From the NCBI GenBank assembly GCA_963663275.1, contig OY760183.1, positions 1,376,001 to 1,440,000 of the forward strand: a DNA stretch of 64,000 bases, in the 5' to 3' direction. Below are positions 59,053 through 64,000 of the stretch, piece by piece (the first letter of the stretch is position 1; the number at the start of each line of letters is the position of its first letter). The position numbers and the translations under genes were made by a program. The notes under the pieces are model-generated. The model did no database searches. It saw only the letters and a list, made by a program, of their open reading frames with translations, and was not told where the DNA came from. The stretch comes from Chloroflexota bacterium (GTDB lineage Bacteria > Chloroflexota > UBA11872 > VXOZ01).

Positions 59053-59130
59053 GCCGCGCGCCGCGCGGATCACCCACGCGACTATGCCGAGTGCAGACGG
59101 GGTGCGGGGCGGCGGCTGACCAACGCTAGC

Positions 59131-59511
59131 CTAGCCCGCCGTGCCATCCTTGCGTCTGTGGAGAAGGATCAGGTTGCCGTCCGGGTCGGCGATCCCGGCC
59201 GCGTGACAGGTTTCCTGTTCGCCTGGCTCGAGCGCCACGTCCACGCCCTGGGCGCGCAATTCGTCAACGGCTCGCGCTACATCTTCGACCGCCAGCGCGA
59301 TGGCGCCGCCGCGAAACTCTCCATGCTCGGCATGGTCACCATGAGCGGCGCGCAGCGCGAGCACCGTTGGCGTGTCGCCGACCGCGAATTCCACCCATCC
59401 CGGACCGATCCATGCGGAGAGCGTCAGGCCCAGCGTGTGCTCGTAGAAGGCCGCGCTCTTGCGGATGTCGCTGACGGTGTAGCAAAAGAAATCGACGCCT
59501 CTCGGATTCAT
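59131..59511 (-). CDS. VOC (glyoxalase/bleomycin resistance) family protein
   Basis: FY...LGL and DPDGN motifs. Confidence 0.88.
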   Translation of the reverse strand: MNPRGVDFFCYTVSDIRKSAAFYEHTLGLTLSAWIGPGWVEFAVGDTPTVLALRAAHGDHAEHGEFRGGAIALAVEDVARAVDELRAQGVDVALEPGEQETCHAAGIADPDGNLILLHRRKDGTAG

Positions 59512-59698
59512 CAGGCTCTCCGAATTGATTTGATACACATCGTCTTGGCGGCGCGCCGACGCGCGCCGCGCTTGCCTTGGCAGTCGCGCGAAGGAAGTAC
59601 AGCGCACACTTATGATCAAGGTTTTGCTAGCGCAAGACTGTGGTATTATGATGGCACAGAATGAAGAGACGCTACAATCTACCGGAAAGGCGCGTCCA

Positions 59699-59953
59699 AT
59701 GGAGAATTATGAGTTTTGGGCGACGATCGCCGCTATCATAATCGCGGCAATTGCCGTCGTTGCGTTCATATCCAACCAGCAGAATAAGTTCGAGAGCCGG
59801 ATGGAAACGCGATTGAATCTGATGGAATCCCGGTTCGAGAACCGCTTTGTCCAGATTGAGAATCGCCTGGCCGGTCTAGAGCAGCGTGTATCCACCATCG
59901 AAGGGTGGATCATGGGAAGGTCGGGGCCTCCAAATCCGCCGGCCGCTGACTAA
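59699..59953 (+). CDS. Small TM plus coiled-coil protein
   Basis: N-terminal TM helix; LEQRVSTIEG, similar to LSDRVSRIEG in 10658-10891. Confidence 0.7.
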   Translation: MENYEFWATIAAIIIAAIAVVAFISNQQNKFESRMETRLNLMESRFENRFVQIENRLAGLEQRVSTIEGWIMGRSGPPNPPAAD

Positions 59954-60368
59954 CGCCTGGAAAAATTTGGCATTTAAGGGCATTCACGGCGCTCTCCACT
60001 GCCTCTTCTCATTGAGGGTCAACACGTGCCGCGGAATGTGATTCCGGTTGCGTTCTCCATCCGGCCTTCTTCCCCAAGAAATCTCTCTCCCGTCCAAAAT
60101 TGCCGTGAACCTGTCGTGCCCTGAGATTGCGGACACGTCCGTTCGCAAGGATCCTCTATTCGCGCGCCATGTCCTCTCAGCGTGAAGTGGCGCAGCCCTC
60201 CCGGACCACTGGCGGCCAGGCCGCCGCGCGGTTGTGTAAACGACAAACACACATTTAGGTGTATGTGTGTTACCATGTTGTCGGACTTAGTGCCATTTCA
60301 TCAAGTAGGCGTAGTATTCAGCAGGGCTTCCGCACTCAAGGGTGCGAGATTAGAGGAGGTACGGTGCA

Positions 60369-61781
60369 ATGGGTATGGCACGTTCTATGAAAGTCACGCG
60401 GCGGGCGGCGCTGGCGGGCATGGGCGCGGGCGCGCTGGGCGCGGCGCTTGCCGCCGCGTGCGGCCAGGCGACCGTAGCTACGACGGAGGACACCGCGCAA
60501 GCCGAGACCAAGGAGGAGGCGCCCCAGGCCGAACCGACGGCCATGCCGGAGGTCGAAACGGTAACCATCTCCATGATCTCGGCCGAAAAGCCGACCACGC
60601 GGCCGGTGCTGGAGCCAATTCTGGCCGACTTTTCCGAAGAAATGCCCCACATCGCCATCGACCTGGTGCCCTCCGGCGGCTGGGGCGAGGTGCGCACGAA
60701 GTTCTACGCGGCACAGGCGGCCGGCGATCCCATCAACATCATGGAAAACGGCTGGAGCGCGGTGCTCACCACCTATGAGACCGGCGTGACGATCGACCTG
60801 GCGCCATTCTTTACCCGCGACAAGATCGATACGGCCGCCACGTTTGCGGCCCCGGCCATCAACATGTGGACGGTGGAAGGCCGCATACTGGGGATGCCGA
60901 TCACCATGTCGGTGGACGCCACCGCCTATAACGTGGAAATCTTCGAGGCGGCCGGCATCAATCCCCTGCCGGTTGACCTGAACGATACCGACTGGAACAT
61001 GGAGACCTTCCTGGACCTGGCGACGCAACTCACCAATGAGGAGCGCACCCAGTTCGGCCACGGCGGCGGCATCACCTGTTCCAACGGCGGCGGCATCGGC
61101 ACGGGCACCTTCTGGGGCGTGGGCCCGTGGGACGCGGAGGCCGGACGCGCAACCATGGATACGCCGGAATTCATCGAGGCGTTGGAGTGGTGGCGCGACT
61201 TCAGCGATAAGCACCGTGTGACTCCAAACGCCGACGAGCGCGCGGCGGCCATGGGCGGCCAGAGCGGCAACGTCTTCATGTCCGGCAAGGTGGCGATGCA
61301 GCTTACGTGCACGTCGTTCCGCGATGCGCCGTTCACCTGGGCGCTGGCGACCATGCCGTACTCCGGCGAGGGGCCGAGCCAGTCGGGCCGCACGTGGACT
61401 CACCCGCTGCAAATGGCCGACGACGGCGCCGACAACAACGATCTGGCGTGGGAACTCTTCAAGTGGCTCCTCAAGCCCGAAAACGGCGGCCGCTTTCCGC
61501 CTTCGGCCGGCCACGTCGTCTCGCCGCTGCTGGACGACAACGCCTCCACCCTGGCGCAGGAGGGCTATCAGAACAGCCTGGGCGTTGACCCCAGAGCCTT
61601 TCTGCTCCACTCCCGCACCACGAAGCCGGCGGGCTGGGGCCTGTGGACGTTTACGGAGTATGGCGACATCTCCGGCGACATCAACGGCCAGTACCGCGAG
61701 TTTCTCGCCGGCAATCTCACCGGCGCGGAGTACGCCCGCTGGGCCACCGACCTCATCAACGCGACCCTCGGTGGAGAATAG
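60369..61781 (+). CDS. ABC-type sugar-family solute-binding lipoprotein (Tat signal)
   Basis: GAGGAGG RBS; TRRAAL twin-arginine, AAAC lipobox, YNVEIFEAAG, FMSGKVAM motifs. Confidence 0.9.
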   Translation: MGMARSMKVTRRAALAGMGAGALGAALAAACGQATVATTEDTAQAETKEEAPQAEPTAMPEVETVTISMISAEKPTTRPVLEPILADFSEEMPHIAIDLVPSGGWGEVRTKFYAAQAAGDPINIMENGWSAVLTTYETGVTIDLAPFFTRDKIDTAATFAAPAINMWTVEGRILGMPITMSVDATAYNVEIFEAAGINPLPVDLNDTDWNMETFLDLATQLTNEERTQFGHGGGITCSNGGGIGTGTFWGVGPWDAEAGRATMDTPEFIEALEWWRDFSDKHRVTPNADERAAAMGGQSGNVFMSGKVAMQLTCTSFRDAPFTWALATMPYSGEGPSQSGRTWTHPLQMADDGADNNDLAWELFKWLLKPENGGRFPPSAGHVVSPLLDDNASTLAQEGYQNSLGVDPRAFLLHSRTTKPAGWGLWTFTEYGDISGDINGQYREFLAGNLTGAEYARWATDLINATLGGE

Positions 61782-61888
61782 ACGGCCGGGTTGGCAGTGA
61801 GGGCGGTGCCACCCTGTGATACAGGGTGTTGACAGATTGTGCCGCGAGGCAATCACCGAGCCTTAGGGCGCGCGTAGCATTGGGAAAC

Positions 61889-61930
61889 AACACGTGTAGG
61901 GGCACGACATGTCGTGCCCCTACACGTGTT
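61889..61930. repeat. GTAG REP extended into a perfect palindrome
   Basis: aacacgtgtaggggcacgacatgtcgtgcccctacacgtgtt. Confidence 0.8.
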
Positions 61931-61994
61931 GAATGGCGATGTGCCCCTGGGTGTTAAGGTGGGCTTGTTCCCCTGCGCGTTCGTTGGAAAAGTC

Positions 61995-63446
61995 ATGGCG
62001 GATCTCCCACAGAGACAGTTAAGACTTGGCGTTGGCGCTGAGCGCATCAACCCGCCGCTGGGTGTGCCGCTGCCGCTGGCCTACAGCGGGGGCGGGAAGC
62101 CGGTGGTGGTTGCGGGTCGGCACGACGACTGCTGGGCGCGGGCGCTGGTGTTGGAGCAAGGCGACACCCGCCTGGCGCTGGTCTCGGTTGACCTCTGCAC
62201 CATGCGCGACGACCAGTACCGGGAGATCGTCGCCCGCATTGCCGAGCGTTGTCATATCCCTGCCGCAAACATCCTGCTCGCGTGCACGCATAATCACTCC
62301 AACGCGCCGCTGCTGGAGCCTTTCGACGCCCCGCCCTCGGCCTGGCAGGAGACGTTAAACGACCTGATCGTCTCCGCGGTTTTTCAAGCGTGCCGCAGAT
62401 CGGAGCCGGTCGCCCGCATTCGCTACGCTGCGGCGCGCTACGGCAGCGTGGCGTACAACCGGCGGGTGGCGCTGCCGGAAATAGTCTGCATGCTCATCGG
62501 TGCTGAGCCGAAATGGGAGGCGATTGTCGAGCGGCTGGCGAACACGCTGGGGGCGACCCGCGAGCAACTGGGAGTGTCAAAAGGTCCGATTGCGCCGCGG
62601 GGCATAGTTGACGACACGCTGCGGCTAATGACTTTCGATTCCAGCGAGGGCAAGACGCTCGCCGGCATCGTCAGCGCGGCGTGCCATCCGGTGACCCATA
62701 GCTTCGCCGACCGGCAGACCTGCGCCGATTATCCCGGTTTTCTGGTGCGGCAGGTGGAGCGCGAGTTGGGCGGGATGGGTCTGTTTCTCCAAGGCTGCAG
62801 CGGCGACGTGCGGCCGCGCTACCGCGAACCGACATATGGGGAAGTAGAACGGGTGGGCCGGCGGTTTGGCGGCGCGCTGCGGGAAGCGGCGCGCAATCTG
62901 GTCGCGATCGACGGGCCGCTCGCCATAGACGCGGTCAAGCAGGAAGTCGAACTGCCGCTCAAGCCCTACGAATCGAGAGCGCAACAGCGGGGCAAGCTAG
63001 CGGAACTTGAACGTGTTCTCGAAGAGGCGGCGCAGTCTCCGGCTCGCGGCCCTGGGGATGTCGAGGAGCGCTGGGCTATGTGCCAGGAGAGCGCCTTCCT
63101 GCGCTACCAACTGAAGTGGGGCGACCTGGAGACCCGCCAGGCGGACCTGGAACGCGAGCGCGTGTGGGTGACGTTGCAGGCGGTGCGGTTGGGCGACGTG
63201 CTGGCGCTGGCCTCGCCCGCGGAGGTGTTTGCCGAAACGGGTGTGGAACTCTCCGCGTGGGCGGCAGACGAGGGTTGGCGCGGCAGTTTCGTCTCGTCCT
63301 GCACGAACGGCTACGTCAACTACATTCCACCCCGCGCCGAGGCGGAACGGGGCGGTTTCGAGCCAAGTTGCACGATGCTGGCGCCAGGGGCGTGCGAGCG
63401 GATGACGGCGGCTCTCAAGGCGTTGGGACGGAGGGTTGCGGCGTGA
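61995..63446 (+). CDS. Neutral/alkaline ceramidase-like hydrolase
   Basis: ARALVL, CTHNHS, ACHP, ADYPG, LQGCSGD, NGY..YIP motifs. Confidence 0.8.
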   Translation: MADLPQRQLRLGVGAERINPPLGVPLPLAYSGGGKPVVVAGRHDDCWARALVLEQGDTRLALVSVDLCTMRDDQYREIVARIAERCHIPAANILLACTHNHSNAPLLEPFDAPPSAWQETLNDLIVSAVFQACRRSEPVARIRYAAARYGSVAYNRRVALPEIVCMLIGAEPKWEAIVERLANTLGATREQLGVSKGPIAPRGIVDDTLRLMTFDSSEGKTLAGIVSAACHPVTHSFADRQTCADYPGFLVRQVERELGGMGLFLQGCSGDVRPRYREPTYGEVERVGRRFGGALREAARNLVAIDGPLAIDAVKQEVELPLKPYESRAQQRGKLAELERVLEEAAQSPARGPGDVEERWAMCQESAFLRYQLKWGDLETRQADLERERVWVTLQAVRLGDVLALASPAEVFAETGVELSAWAADEGWRGSFVSSCTNGYVNYIPPRAEAERGGFEPSCTMLAPGACERMTAALKALGRRVAA

Positions 63447-63449
63447 GCG

Positions 63450-63703
63450 GCGCGCCCAAAGGGGCGGTTGCGGCGAGCCCAAGGGGGCGGTTGCGGCGCG
63501 CACAGGAGCGGGGGACAAGCCCCCGCGCTACGATAATCCGGGGGAGCGGACGCAGGTTACAAACCTGCGCTACCGGAGAAGAGCGGGCGCGGATAGCAGA
63601 CCAGCGCGTGTACAAGGCCTGCGTTGAGGGCGGGGGACAAGCCCCCGCGCTACGGTCATCCGGCAACACCGGGCGGGCGCAGGTTACAAACCTGCGCTAC
63701 CGG
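63450..63703. repeat. REP cluster (two GTAG families) and 23-bp tandem duplication
   Basis: gcgggggacaagcccccgcgctac x2; cgcaggttacaaacctgcgctaccgg x2; gcccaa.ggggcggttgcggcg x2. Confidence 0.75.
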
Positions 63704-63774
63704 AGAAGAGATGACAAGAAAAGAGAAGGTAAAGGCAAGAGAAAACAAGAGAGAGCAGAGAATACGCGGATGCT

Positions 63775-64000
63775 TTACGTTGCCATGCCCGGGTAGGGGC
63801 GGGTTCGGGGCTTTTGGGCGCCGTCGTCGCTGTCCGGCGGTGACGAGGGTTGCTGCTCTTCATCATCCACCAGTGTGCTGGCCGCCTGGGTATCCACGTC
63901 GTCGGAGGGTTCAGGCTCTTCTTTGAAGAACGCGCTGAATGACTTCTCGTCGAACGTCTCGACCTCCATCAGCGTATCGGCGATTTCCACCAGCTTACTC
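63775..64000 (-). CDS. ftsH: 3' end of probable ATP-dependent zinc metalloprotease FtsH (partial)
   Basis: KLVEIADTLMEVETFD followed by a disordered tail, as in FtsH C-termini; only a short part is visible. Confidence 0.55.
   Translation of the reverse strand, partial: SKLVEIADTLMEVETFDEKSFSAFFKEEPEPSDDVDTQAASTLVDDEEQQPSSPPDSDDGAQKPRTRPYPGMAT

Noticed and set aside
59978-60200. TPP, cobalamin or glycine riboswitch, or 6S RNA
   Set aside because: Only a CTGAGA fragment matches; the other conserved elements are absent

Overview
GC-rich bacterial chromosomal window. The gene content (plant-type LRR and TolB/PD40 propeller lipoproteins, TPR, Uma2, DUF1640-like coiled coils, orphan Tat solute-binding proteins) suggests a Chloroflexota organism, possibly a sponge or marine symbiont; this is inference only. 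Housekeeping genes include lysC, argB, lipB, lipA, rel, recJ, thrC, hom and a probable ftsH 3' end. They are interspersed with three toxin-antitoxin pairs, several REP-like families and transposase-less MITE-like insertions. Most notable: (1) 1015-6539, three tandem beta-propeller lipoprotein genes, each preceded by the C-terminal tail of a metzincin-like peptidase gene, resembling orphan toxin-tip/immunity cassettes; (2) 11078-16595, two paralogous secreted proteins sharing promoter architecture, a ~500-nt leader motif, a C-terminal domain and a covarying terminator, one copy full of indels; (3) a Rel enzyme with a tandemly duplicated zinc-finger (CC/RIS) domain; (4) nested MITEs that carry REPs and insert into REPs. 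No rRNA, tRNA, CRISPR array or transposase was recognised. Functional calls come from motif recognition by eye, not database searches.
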